The notes: generated from the sequence alone by a model not told the origin. Positions 28,791 to 38,442 are shown, numbered from the stretch's first letter. The stretch is DNA of 64,000 bases from Clostridiales bacterium (GCA_015055815.1 SVHM01000004.1:12025-76024), one strand, 5' to 3'. Program-made: numbers and translations.

Positions 28791-29147
28791 TTATTCAATA
28801 ACGAAACCTAGATAAACTTGATCCCATTTTACTGCGAAACATACAACTATACCAGCTATAATAATAACAGCTCCAACAACTGCACCTATTAGTCTACCTT
28901 GAACTTTCTTTCTACCATCAGCATCTTCAGCCTTAGCATATTGGATACCTAGCATAATAGCATAGATAACTGCAGCAACACCGATAACAGTTAGAACTGG
29001 TCCTATAATCTTGTTCATAATCTTTCTGAACGCATTAGCCAAGTCTTGCAAAGATGTAATTTCTGTAGAACCATTACCAACTCCATCTTCAGCCAATCTT
29101 GTAAAAGATGCAAACATTTTGTTCATAACCAACATAAGTTTATTCAT
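28791..29147 (-). CDS. VirB2/TrbC-like pilin 2 (118 aa), probable major pilin
   Basis: Paralogue of pilin 1 (IIGPVL..IYAIMLGIQYAKAEDADGRKKVQGRL); GGAG RBS before MNKL at 29147. Confidence 0.8.
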   Translation of the reverse strand: MNKLMLVMNKMFASFTRLAEDGVGNGSTEITSLQDLANAFRKIMNKIIGPVLTVIGVAAVIYAIMLGIQYAKAEDADGRKKVQGRLIGAVVGAVIIIAGIVVCFAVKWDQVYLGFVIE

Positions 29148-29538
29148 ATTTTCTATCTCCATACATATTTTTTTTAGTTTTGATTAACTTAATTCAAGTT
29201 TATATAAATTCTTGACTTTAGTCAACTAAATTTATCTAAAATTTTAAAAAAATTTATTTTTTTTCAATTTTTCTTATATTTATTACTTTTGTAGCATGAT
29301 TTTTGAACATAAGGTGAATTATTTATTGTAAACAAACCCAAAACATCTTTTCCACACACCACTATTTTTAAGTAAGGATATTGTAAAATTTTACTTCATT
29401 AAATATTTTTATATTAAATAACTTTGCTTATTTTTTTTGACAACATTGTAAAAACTATATATACTAATATATATTAAATTAAAAATTAAAAAACTTAATT
29501 TTATACAAATTGTTTAAGTTTAAAAGAAGGATGAAAAA

Positions 29539-31599
29539 ATGGCGGATAAAAAAAGTTCTAGTTTGGGGAAAAAATTTAGAGTTATCTTTGGCTGGTTTAT
29601 TTTATGTTTAATAGCTACAGTGCTTATATCTTATGCAATTGCAAGTTTCTTAAGCACCGGAGAAATTTCATTAGATTTTAGTACAGTAATTGGTGCAAAT
29701 TCATTTAGGACTACTTTTATTGCTGTATTTGCAATAGCAATAGTTGTTATGGTTATTGCCTTTAGTGAACATAAGTTTAAACTTGACAAGTCAAATGGAG
29801 CAAAAGTTGAAACCAAGGGCGGAATGAAGAAATTCTACGACACCAATTGGATAACTCCAGAAGAATTGAAAAATAATAAAGACTTCAAGTTCCACTATTA
29901 TGATGCATTACACCAATCTGATAACATTGGTATTCCTATTAGAGCGGAGCTTATAGGCAACAAACTTCACGTTAATATGTATAAATCTATTCACACAATG
30001 GTTGTTGGTACTACCGGTTCTGGTAAATCTACACAATTTATCAACCCTACCATTCAAATACTTAGTGAAAGTCATGCGAAACCAAACTTAGTTATCACCG
30101 ACCCTAAAGGCGAAATGTTTGACAATCATAGTGAGAAATTAAAGAAGAACGGTTACAAAGTAATGGTTTTTGACTTAAAAGAGCCTTTCCTTAGTACTCG
30201 TTGGAACCCACTAACTAGAGCATATGAACTTAATGAAAGAGCAATGAACTTAAATAAAGAAGTTACCGTTCACCACAATGACGACCCTAGAGACTTTGGT
30301 CTTAAATGTACAAGTTCTGTATACTACGGTGAGTGGTATGAATTTGACGGATATGCCTTTTCAGATATTCAGTCACTTCAATCTCACCAAGCATCACTTA
30401 AACAAATATTGAAAACAGAAGCATTTGAAGACATTAAAGATATTGCTAGTGTTCTATGTCCAATTGAAGGTCAAGACCCTATTTGGGACAGGGGTGCTAG
30501 AGACTTAGTTCAAGGTATACTTCTAGCCATGCTTGAAGATAGCGAAATTCCAGAACTTGGAATGACAAAAGAAAAGTTTAACTTCTTTAACATGGCACAA
30601 ATTGCTAACCTAAAAGACAACGACGCATACAACCAAATGAAATCTTTAACAGAATATTTCCAAGGAAGAGATACTCTATCTCAAGCAGCACAACTAGCAA
30701 ACCAAGTACTTACAAATGCTGATAAGACAAAGATGTCATACATGGGTATTGTAGCAAACCGTATGGGTTTATTTACCGATATGGGTGTATGTTATGCTAC
30801 ATCTTCAAATGAAATGGACTTAAAAACATTTACCGACCAACCTGCTGCAATATTTATTAAAATCCCAGACGAAAAAACAACTCGTCACCCAATTGCAACA
30901 ATGTTTATATCTCAGTTATATAAAATATTAGTTGACGTTGCCAATAAGAAAGGTGGTGCACTTCCTAGAGACGTATACTTCTTACTTGACGAGTTTGCTA
31001 ACATGCCAAAAATTGAAAACTTTGATACAATCATTACAGTTGCTAGATCTCGTAGAATTTACTTTACACTTATCCTTCAATCATACGCACAGCTTAATAT
31101 TAAATATGGTCAAGACATTGGTGCAACACTTAAAGATAACTGTAACATACACATATTCATAGCATCAAACGACCGAACAACATTAGAAGAGTTTAGTAAA
31201 CGTTGTGGTAATATTACAGTTGAAACAGAAACAACATCTATAAGCAAAGGTGACAAATCTGAGAGTGGCTCATCAAAGTCTATCAACGTTCAACAAGATA
31301 CTCGTCCGCTTATCTACCCAGACGAATTAGCATCATTAAAACCAAATAGCGGTGAATGTATCGTTTCAATCCTTCAAAGAAATCCAATAAGATCAGTATT
31401 CACTCCTAGTTATCTATGTAAACTATACGATATGACCCCTGCACCTAGAGATAGCAGGCTTCCACAACAGCTTGATACACAAGCAATTTACTACGATATA
31501 AGAATTAGAAACCAAAAAATTCTAAAAAAGAACGGTACACCTAATGGCGGTAGCGGAAATGCTGGTACTGGCGGAAACAAAAATCCATTCGATTTTTAA
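29539..31599 (+). CDS. virD4: VirD4/TraG-family type IV coupling protein
   Basis: Two N-terminal TM helices, Walker A GTTGSGKS, TDPKGE, WNPL, Walker B LLDEFAN, ARSRRI, LQSYAQL..YG, RPLIYPDEL. Confidence 0.95.
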   Translation: MADKKSSSLGKKFRVIFGWFILCLIATVLISYAIASFLSTGEISLDFSTVIGANSFRTTFIAVFAIAIVVMVIAFSEHKFKLDKSNGAKVETKGGMKKFYDTNWITPEELKNNKDFKFHYYDALHQSDNIGIPIRAELIGNKLHVNMYKSIHTMVVGTTGSGKSTQFINPTIQILSESHAKPNLVITDPKGEMFDNHSEKLKKNGYKVMVFDLKEPFLSTRWNPLTRAYELNERAMNLNKEVTVHHNDDPRDFGLKCTSSVYYGEWYEFDGYAFSDIQSLQSHQASLKQILKTEAFEDIKDIASVLCPIEGQDPIWDRGARDLVQGILLAMLEDSEIPELGMTKEKFNFFNMAQIANLKDNDAYNQMKSLTEYFQGRDTLSQAAQLANQVLTNADKTKMSYMGIVANRMGLFTDMGVCYATSSNEMDLKTFTDQPAAIFIKIPDEKTTRHPIATMFISQLYKILVDVANKKGGALPRDVYFLLDEFANMPKIENFDTIITVARSRRIYFTLILQSYAQLNIKYGQDIGATLKDNCNIHIFIASNDRTTLEEFSKRCGNITVETETTSISKGDKSESGSSKSINVQQDTRPLIYPDELASLKPNSGECIVSILQRNPIRSVFTPSYLCKLYDMTPAPRDSRLPQQLDTQAIYYDIRIRNQKILKKNGTPNGGSGNAGTGGNKNPFDF

Positions 31600-31608
31600 A
31601 CTTAAAGC

Positions 31609-31697
31609 AAAAAGAGACAATAATTTGTCTCTTTTTTTATTTCAAACACCAACATCATTAACGCTCAAAAAAAATAAAGGCTAAATATTTAGCCTTT
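31609..31697. terminator. Two adjacent terminators between convergent virD4 and thyX
   Basis: AAAAAGAGACAA/TTGTCTCTTTTT (31609-31636) and AAAGGCTAAA/TTTAGCCTTT (31676-31697). Confidence 0.8.
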
Positions 31698-32862
31698 AAA
31701 TTTCTCTTGTTTCATCTACCCCTAAAGCAAAGCCACAAGGTGTAGGACATTTATAATCAGGGAAAGTACATCTACTGCCCTTTGTATATTCAATTATCTC
31801 TTCTGCACGTGAATGAATTTTCATTCTAAGTGCATAAGCATATTTTTTCAAGATATCATTTGTTACTCTATTTATTTCAAGTTGAGCATTTGTACATTTT
31901 CTTTCTTTCATCTTTAGAATAAACGCATCCAAAGTACCCATTTCATTTATTTCAAGAAGTGTTGCTTGTGGATATATATTTCCCAAATCTTTAATATCAG
32001 TAATCCAAAGTTCAACAAAGTCTGGACTATCAGCAATAATTGGTGGCACATAATATTCATCTTCAAGAACTCTCATTGTATAATGTATTGTTCTATGTCT
32101 TTGAGCTTGTGCAAGGCAAGCAAATGATGCCTTATAAGTAGTTGCATATACATCACCGAAATATTCTTCTACCTTTTTCTTTTCATCTGCAAATATTGAT
32201 AATATTCTATCTTTTTCATTTGCACAAAGTTTTGGGTCATAATAAGGAAGTGCTTTTAACAGCTCAACAAACTTTCTAAGTTCATTATGTACTCTAACAC
32301 CAAAATCACTTTTTGCAAGAGCGCTTAGTTCTTTATCTATAAATGAAATTAAATAGTTTAATTGTCTATATGTAGTTGTATACATAAGACTTGTTGGAGT
32401 AAATACAGATATTAAATATCTTGCATTCTCTTGAGCAAGTTTTTCAATCTTGCTATCAGTAAAGAAAGTTGGATAGTCTTTAGCATATTTTTTGGTAATT
32501 TTACCTTTGAAAATTTCTATCCACTTGTTATATATAAGTTCTTCCTTTTCAGTCAACTTCATTCTTGTATATCTAGCAGATTTTTCACTAGTTGTATATT
32601 GCTTTTCATTATTAAGTATCATAGCAATAAATTTTGGAACGTCTTCCAAATAGAGTGAAATAGAATTATGGTCATACACACTATGATGACCACTGTTTTT
32701 TGTTTGTTCAACCCTTCTTAATGTCTTTGCTGTATCTTCAGCCATCAATTCTTCAAAACTCGCCGGCATATAGCAAATACCTGCCGCCTTACCGCTAAAC
32801 ATGTCGAAATTTTCTTTACTTTCTACACCTAATTTTGTAGTCGCTATTACACTAACTTTCAC
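31696..32862 (-). CDS. thyX: FAD-dependent thymidylate synthase, long tandem-domain form
   Basis: GHHSVYDH, SEKSARY, ENARY, AQAQRHR, R-C-x2-AQ-x-EI motifs; coupled to tmk. Confidence 0.85.
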   Translation of the reverse strand: MKVSVIATTKLGVESKENFDMFSGKAAGICYMPASFEELMAEDTAKTLRRVEQTKNSGHHSVYDHNSISLYLEDVPKFIAMILNNEKQYTTSEKSARYTRMKLTEKEELIYNKWIEIFKGKITKKYAKDYPTFFTDSKIEKLAQENARYLISVFTPTSLMYTTTYRQLNYLISFIDKELSALAKSDFGVRVHNELRKFVELLKALPYYDPKLCANEKDRILSIFADEKKKVEEYFGDVYATTYKASFACLAQAQRHRTIHYTMRVLEDEYYVPPIIADSPDFVELWITDIKDLGNIYPQATLLEINEMGTLDAFILKMKERKCTNAQLEINRVTNDILKKYAYALRMKIHSRAEEIIEYTKGSRCTFPDYKCPTPCGFALGVDETREI

Positions 32863-33539
32863 TTTGTTCTCCTTAAATCTTCGATTACTCTACTATAAAT
32901 TTTTTCTGCAATATCATCAATGGCTCTAATTTCGCCATTATAAACACAATCTATTACTTCCCAATTATATTTCTTACTTACAAACTTTCCGCTATTATAA
33001 GCATTAATCAAATGTCCTTCGCTACTTTCATGGATATCTTTTTCAGTGCTAGATTTGTATTCTCCCCTAGCTTTAGCAAGATTCATACTAATCTCTACTG
33101 GAACATCCAAAAATATAACCTTATTAGCCCTTGGTAATTTCAAAGTGCCAAACTCAAGTTCATCAAGCCAATCAAGAAATTTATCCGTCTCAATTTCATC
33201 TCTTATCTTACCCGCTTGATGCAACATGTTACTCTCAACGTATCTATCAAAAATTATAATTCCATCATTTTCATAGAAATTTTTCAAGTCTTTATTATAA
33301 GTACAAAGTCTATCCACTGCATAAAGAGAACTTGCCTGATAAGCATCTAGCGATTTATCATCACTCCCAAATTCTCCATTAAGATACATCTTAACTGGAC
33401 TAGCAGATGGACTGTCATAATTAGGAAAACTCTGCATTCTTACATTATACCCTTCACTTAAAAGTCTATTATATAGTTTTTCTGTCTGAGTTCTCTTACC
33501 ACTCCCGTCTGTTCCTTCAATAACTATAATATAACCCAT
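32859..33539 (-). CDS. tmk: Thymidylate kinase
   Basis: IEGTDGSGK, FPNY, YAVDR, DRYVESN, DIHE. Confidence 0.92.
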   Translation of the reverse strand: MGYIIVIEGTDGSGKRTQTEKLYNRLLSEGYNVRMQSFPNYDSPSASPVKMYLNGEFGSDDKSLDAYQASSLYAVDRLCTYNKDLKNFYENDGIIIFDRYVESNMLHQAGKIRDEIETDKFLDWLDELEFGTLKLPRANKVIFLDVPVEISMNLAKARGEYKSSTEKDIHESSEGHLINAYNSGKFVSKKYNWEVIDCVYNGEIRAIDDIAEKIYSRVIEDLRRTK

Positions 33540-33656
33540 ATTTTCACCTAACCTATCATTATTTTAACACATTACAAATTTCTGTCAAAGAAATTATGTC
33601 TATAAATCTATATTTTCTAAGAAAAAGCCATAGTTTAAAAAACTATGACCTTTTGC

Positions 33657-36374
33657 TTAATTTTGTTCAGCTGTTTCATCATCTTGTTCTTGTTTATATT
33701 CAGCAATTTTCTTTTGCTTTTTATTATAAATCACTTTTTCGATAAGTTTCTGAATTTCAACAATAGGAACTATAGCAAATGCACATCCTATTGCTATAAA
33801 TAGTTCAGAAATTGAAAGAGTAGTCGTTCCGAAGAATGTTTGTAGTCCTGGAATAAATGTTATTGCAGTAAGCACAAGCCCCGCAAGAACTGCCCAATTC
33901 ATTTTGCTATTTCCAAATGGATTACTTGCAAATAGTGAAAAATGTGATGACCTACTATTATAAGCATGGAATAATTGAATAAGAGCAAGAGTAATAAACG
34001 CCATTGTCATACCTACTATATGACTACCTATTACGTATTGACCAATACTAAATGATGTCATTGTAAGTAATGTTTGGAATAAACCCTGAATTAGTATATT
34101 TTTTCCCGTATGTCCAGCAAATAATGACGCATCTGCTTTTCTAGGCGGTCTATTCATTATATCTTTTTCTACTTTCTCTACCCCGAGAGCGAGAGCTGGC
34201 AAACTATCTGTAACAAGATTTATCCAAAGTATCATTACTGCACTTAAAAACTCTACTTTTAAGAATATTGTTGCAATAAACAAACATAATACTTCAGCAA
34301 TATTAGCAGAAAGCAAATATTGTACGGCTTTCTTAATATTAGAATAAACTTTTCTTCCTTCTTCAACTGCAGCAATAATTGTAGCAAAGTTATCGTCTGC
34401 TAATACTATATCAGCAGCACCCTTACTAACATCCGTACCTGTAATACCCATACCAATACCAATATCAGCAGTCTTAATTGATGGAGCATCATTAACGCCA
34501 TCACCAGTCATAGCAACTATAATATTAAATGTCTTGTATACATTTACTATTCTTACTTTATTTTCAGGACTAACCCTTGCAAAAACTTTATACTTTCTTA
34601 AATCTCTTAAGAACTCTTCGTCTGTAAGTTTATCAAGGTCAGCACCCGTTATAGCTTTGTCACCTTTTTTATAAATACCAATTTGACTAGCAATAGCAAC
34701 TGCAGTATCAAGATGGTCACCAGTTATCATAATAGCTGTCATTCCCGCTTTTCTACAAGTTGCAACAGCCCCTTCAACTTCTTTTCTTGGTGGGTCAATC
34801 ATACCAACAAGACCAACAAATACCAAGTCTTCTTCCAAGTGGTCATGGTCACTCAAATGATGTTTCTTATACGCAAGACCTAACACTCTTAAAGCATTTG
34901 AGCCCATTTCTTTATTAGCTTTCTTAAGTTCAGCAATATCTTCTTCTGTGATATCTCTTTCTTTGTTTAAATGAAGAATTTTTGTACATCTTGATAGAAG
35001 CATATCAAATGCGCCTTTCACAAATGCAATCTTTTTATTTTCATCTGTTTGATGAACTGTTGTCATAAGCTTCCTTTTACTATCAAAAGGAACTTCATCA
35101 ATTCTTATATATTTATTTTTAATTTCTTTAGCATTAAGACCAATTTTTCTAGCATATGCTACAAGTGCTGTCTCTGTAGGATCACCAATTAATTCATTAT
35201 CCATTCTTTCTTCGGTATCATTACAAAGCACCATACCATGTATAAGTGTATCAACACTTTCGTCAATATTCTTTTCTTCTCTATAGAATAGCCCCATAGA
35301 TTTAGTATAAAATTCTTTAACTGTCATTTTGTTTAATGTCAATGTTCCCGTTTTATCAGAACAAATAACTTCACAACATCCAAGAGTTTCAACTGCAGGC
35401 AAGTTTTTAACAATTGCCTTTCTTTCTGACATTTTCTTTACACCTATTGCCAATACAATAGTAACAACTGCCGGCAAACCTTCCGGGATAGCGGCTACCG
35501 CAATAGCAACTGCCGTCATAAAGCTATCAATTATAGCTTCCATTATTGTCTCATCACCAGTTCTATTAAATATACCAAATACAAATATTACAAGTGCAAT
35601 TCCAAGAACAACAAATGATAAAAATTTTGCAGTCTTAGCAAGTTGTTTTTGTAGTGGCGTATCATTTTTCTCTTGAGTATTAAGCATACCTGCAATTTTA
35701 CCAACTTCGGTATCCATACCAGTTGCTACAACTATACCACTTCCCCTACCATAAGTTACAACACCTGTACTAAATGCCATTGTCTTTCTGTCGCCAAGTG
35801 GCGTAACATCTGGAAGTTCAGCCATACAATCTTTTTCAGTAGGAACACTCTCACCAGTAAGTGTTGCTTCTTGAATTTTAAGTGACTTAGTAGAAATTAA
35901 TCTTAAATCGGCAGGAACAACATCTCCCGCTTCCAACACAACCAAATCACCAACTACTATATCTTCACACTTAATCTTAACTATTTCACCATCTCTTATA
36001 ACTTTGGCAAACGGTTTATTCATCTTGGTGAGTTCTTTCATCGCCTGATCAGCCTTGCTTTCTTGCACCGTTCCAATTACAGCGTTAAGTATTACAATAA
36101 GTAGAATTATTCCACTATCTATAAGTTCTGTATAATTGCCTTCTACTATTGCAATTACTGCTGAAATTGCCGCCGCAAATAGCAAAACTATTATCATCAA
36201 ATCTTTCATTTGTGCAAAAAATCTTTGCATCCAAGTTTTGCTTTTGCCTTCCTGCAAAACGTTCTTTCCATGTCTTTGAAGTCTAGCCGTCGCTTCTTCG
36301 CTTGTTATACCCTTTTCACCGGTATTAAGTTTATTATAAACTTCTTCTAAAGAATAATTATGAAATCCTTTCAC
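33657..36374 (-). CDS. Calcium-translocating P-type ATPase (P2A)
   Basis: TGES, AIPEGL, DKTGTLT, GDPTE, DPPR, TGDGVND, LWINLVTD. Confidence 0.95.
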   Translation of the reverse strand: MKGFHNYSLEEVYNKLNTGEKGITSEEATARLQRHGKNVLQEGKSKTWMQRFFAQMKDLMIIVLLFAAAISAVIAIVEGNYTELIDSGIILLIVILNAVIGTVQESKADQAMKELTKMNKPFAKVIRDGEIVKIKCEDIVVGDLVVLEAGDVVPADLRLISTKSLKIQEATLTGESVPTEKDCMAELPDVTPLGDRKTMAFSTGVVTYGRGSGIVVATGMDTEVGKIAGMLNTQEKNDTPLQKQLAKTAKFLSFVVLGIALVIFVFGIFNRTGDETIMEAIIDSFMTAVAIAVAAIPEGLPAVVTIVLAIGVKKMSERKAIVKNLPAVETLGCCEVICSDKTGTLTLNKMTVKEFYTKSMGLFYREEKNIDESVDTLIHGMVLCNDTEERMDNELIGDPTETALVAYARKIGLNAKEIKNKYIRIDEVPFDSKRKLMTTVHQTDENKKIAFVKGAFDMLLSRCTKILHLNKERDITEEDIAELKKANKEMGSNALRVLGLAYKKHHLSDHDHLEEDLVFVGLVGMIDPPRKEVEGAVATCRKAGMTAIMITGDHLDTAVAIASQIGIYKKGDKAITGADLDKLTDEEFLRDLRKYKVFARVSPENKVRIVNVYKTFNIIVAMTGDGVNDAPSIKTADIGIGMGITGTDVSKGAADIVLADDNFATIIAAVEEGRKVYSNIKKAVQYLLSANIAEVLCLFIATIFLKVEFLSAVMILWINLVTDSLPALALGVEKVEKDIMNRPPRKADASLFAGHTGKNILIQGLFQTLLTMTSFSIGQYVIGSHIVGMTMAFITLALIQLFHAYNSRSSHFSLFASNPFGNSKMNWAVLAGLVLTAITFIPGLQTFFGTTTLSISELFIAIGCAFAIVPIVEIQKLIEKVIYNKKQKKIAEYKQEQDDETAEQN

Positions 36375-36591
36375 GATACTCTCCTATTTTATCAATACTT
36401 AAAACTATTTTAGCAAAATTATTTTTTTTTGTTAAATAATTTACTTATGTATTTAAATATATTTATGATTTTTAATAAGTTTTGTTTTTATATATAATTT
36501 AGCACATGAACATATGTCTATATTTACAAATGCACATACAAACATCTTTATTTTACTTTTTTAAATACCACTTTTATGATATAATAAAATT

Positions 36592-37275
36592 ATGAGAATA
36601 GCAGGAATACAAAAATTATCAATGGTCGATTTTGACGAACATTTATCAGCTACAATATTTACAAGTGGCTGTAATTTTGCTTGTCCTTTTTGTCACAACT
36701 CATCACTTATCGGAAACAACAATGAACTTATTTCTGAAGATGATATTTTAGATTTTTTATACAAAAGAAAAAATATGCTTGATGCAGTTTGTATAAGCGG
36801 TGGTGAGCCTACCCTTCAAAAAGATTTACCACAATTTATTTCTAAAATAAAAAAAATGGGTTACTTAATAAAATTGGACACAAATGGTACAAATCCTGAC
36901 ATGATTAAATATTTATATGAGAATAACCTTATAGATTATGTCGCTATGGATATAAAAAACCATATTGAAAAATATCAGGACATCACTCAAACAAATTTAA
37001 ACTTAGATAATATTTTAAAATCTATAACTTACATCATGAAGTGTGGCATAGACTACGAATTTAGAACAACCCTTATTAATGAATTTCATGAAAAATCGGA
37101 TATAATTAAAATAGGCAAACTTATCAAATCTGCAAAAAGATATTTTCTTCAAAAATTTGTAGATAGCGAAAATTGTTTATCAAAAAATTTATCACCAATT
37201 CCTAAAGAACAAGCGATTGAATTTCAAGAAATTTTATGCAAATACATCAAAAATACCAACCTTAGGGGATACTAA
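36592..37275 (+). CDS. nrdG: Anaerobic ribonucleotide reductase activating enzyme (radical SAM)
   Basis: CNFACPFCHN, ISGGEP, KLDTNG, AMDIK, EFRTT; nrdD nearby. Confidence 0.93.
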   Translation: MRIAGIQKLSMVDFDEHLSATIFTSGCNFACPFCHNSSLIGNNNELISEDDILDFLYKRKNMLDAVCISGGEPTLQKDLPQFISKIKKMGYLIKLDTNGTNPDMIKYLYENNLIDYVAMDIKNHIEKYQDITQTNLNLDNILKSITYIMKCGIDYEFRTTLINEFHEKSDIIKIGKLIKSAKRYFLQKFVDSENCLSKNLSPIPKEQAIEFQEILCKYIKNTNLRGY

Positions 37276-37278
37276 ACT

Positions 37279-38442
37279 ATGAAATTTTTAAGAAAAATAC
37301 TAATTAAAAACTATCGTGATACCGACGACCCAAAAGTTAGAAATAGATACGGTTTTGTTGCTGGTATTATAGGAACACTTAGCAATATTATAGTTTTTAT
37401 CGGAAAATTAATTATCGGACTTTTAACTGCTAGTATTACAATTATCGTTGATGCCGTAAATAGTCTTACCGACGCAGGAAGTTCACTACTTACAATAATA
37501 GGTTTTAAGCTTTCAAGCAAACCCGCAGACAAAGACCACCCGTTTGGTCACGCACGATTTGAATATGTCATGGCACTAATTATTTCACTTATTACATTTG
37601 GCGCTGGTTTACTTTTCGCCAAATCTTGTATTGAAAAAATTTTTGAGCCACAAGAAATCACAATTAACATAGCAACTTATATAATCTTGTCAGTTACTAT
37701 ACTTATAAAAATTTTCCAACTACTTATGTTTAAAGACTTTTCAAAAGCAATTGATAGTGATACTTTAGAAGCATCTTATGACGACTGCAAAGCCGATTTA
37801 CTTACAACTATTGGCGTACTATCTTCAGTAATTATAATGGACATATTTACAATCAACATTGACGGATATATCGGACTTGCACTATCTATTTTTATAATTT
37901 TCACATCTATTAAAATGATAAAAAATAACATAAGCCCATTAATTAGCGAAAAGCCACAAAAAAGATTTGTAAACAAAATCAAAAAAGAGATTTTGGAATT
38001 TGACGGTGTTAACGCAGTTCACGATTTACTTATTCATTCATATGGTGCTGGTTGTTCATTTGCTTCATTTCATATCGAAGTCCCAACAAGTGCAACACTT
38101 CTTGACACACATATTTTAGTAGATAAAATTGAACGTCACTTAGAAGATAAATTTAATTTAAACGTAACAATTCAAGTCGATCCCATTGACGAAAACAACC
38201 CACAAACAAAAGTTATTTCAGATAAAGTTAAAAAATCACTTAGAAAAATGGACAAAAAGCTTAACATCCATAGTGTAAGAGTTGTATATAAAGAAAATAC
38301 AATTGATGTAATATTTGATATTTTAGAAGAATTTAATATTTCTCACACAAAAAAAGAAATATTAAAAGTATTAAACGAAGAATTTAAAAATGAAAAAATA
38401 AAGCATAACTTTATTTTTACAATTGAAAAACCATTTGTATAA
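37279..38442 (+). CDS. Cation diffusion facilitator transporter
   Basis: DAVNSLTD, KPADKDHPFGHARFEY, HDL..H, TM helices. Confidence 0.92.
   Translation: MKFLRKILIKNYRDTDDPKVRNRYGFVAGIIGTLSNIIVFIGKLIIGLLTASITIIVDAVNSLTDAGSSLLTIIGFKLSSKPADKDHPFGHARFEYVMALIISLITFGAGLLFAKSCIEKIFEPQEITINIATYIILSVTILIKIFQLLMFKDFSKAIDSDTLEASYDDCKADLLTTIGVLSSVIIMDIFTINIDGYIGLALSIFIIFTSIKMIKNNISPLISEKPQKRFVNKIKKEILEFDGVNAVHDLLIHSYGAGCSFASFHIEVPTSATLLDTHILVDKIERHLEDKFNLNVTIQVDPIDENNPQTKVISDKVKKSLRKMDKKLNIHSVRVVYKENTIDVIFDILEEFNISHTKKEILKVLNEEFKNEKIKHNFIFTIEKPFV

Noticed and set aside
27790-29530. An oriT in the AT-rich gaps around the pilin genes
   Set aside because: No recognisable nic consensus next to an inverted repeat, and no relaxase; the hairpins present are explained as terminators
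12558-31599. Calling the T4SS block an ICE or integrated plasmid
   Set aside because: No integrase, relaxase, replication gene, flanking tRNA or direct repeats seen; intact housekeeping neighbours and host-like composition. A degraded ICE cannot be fully excluded from this window alone.
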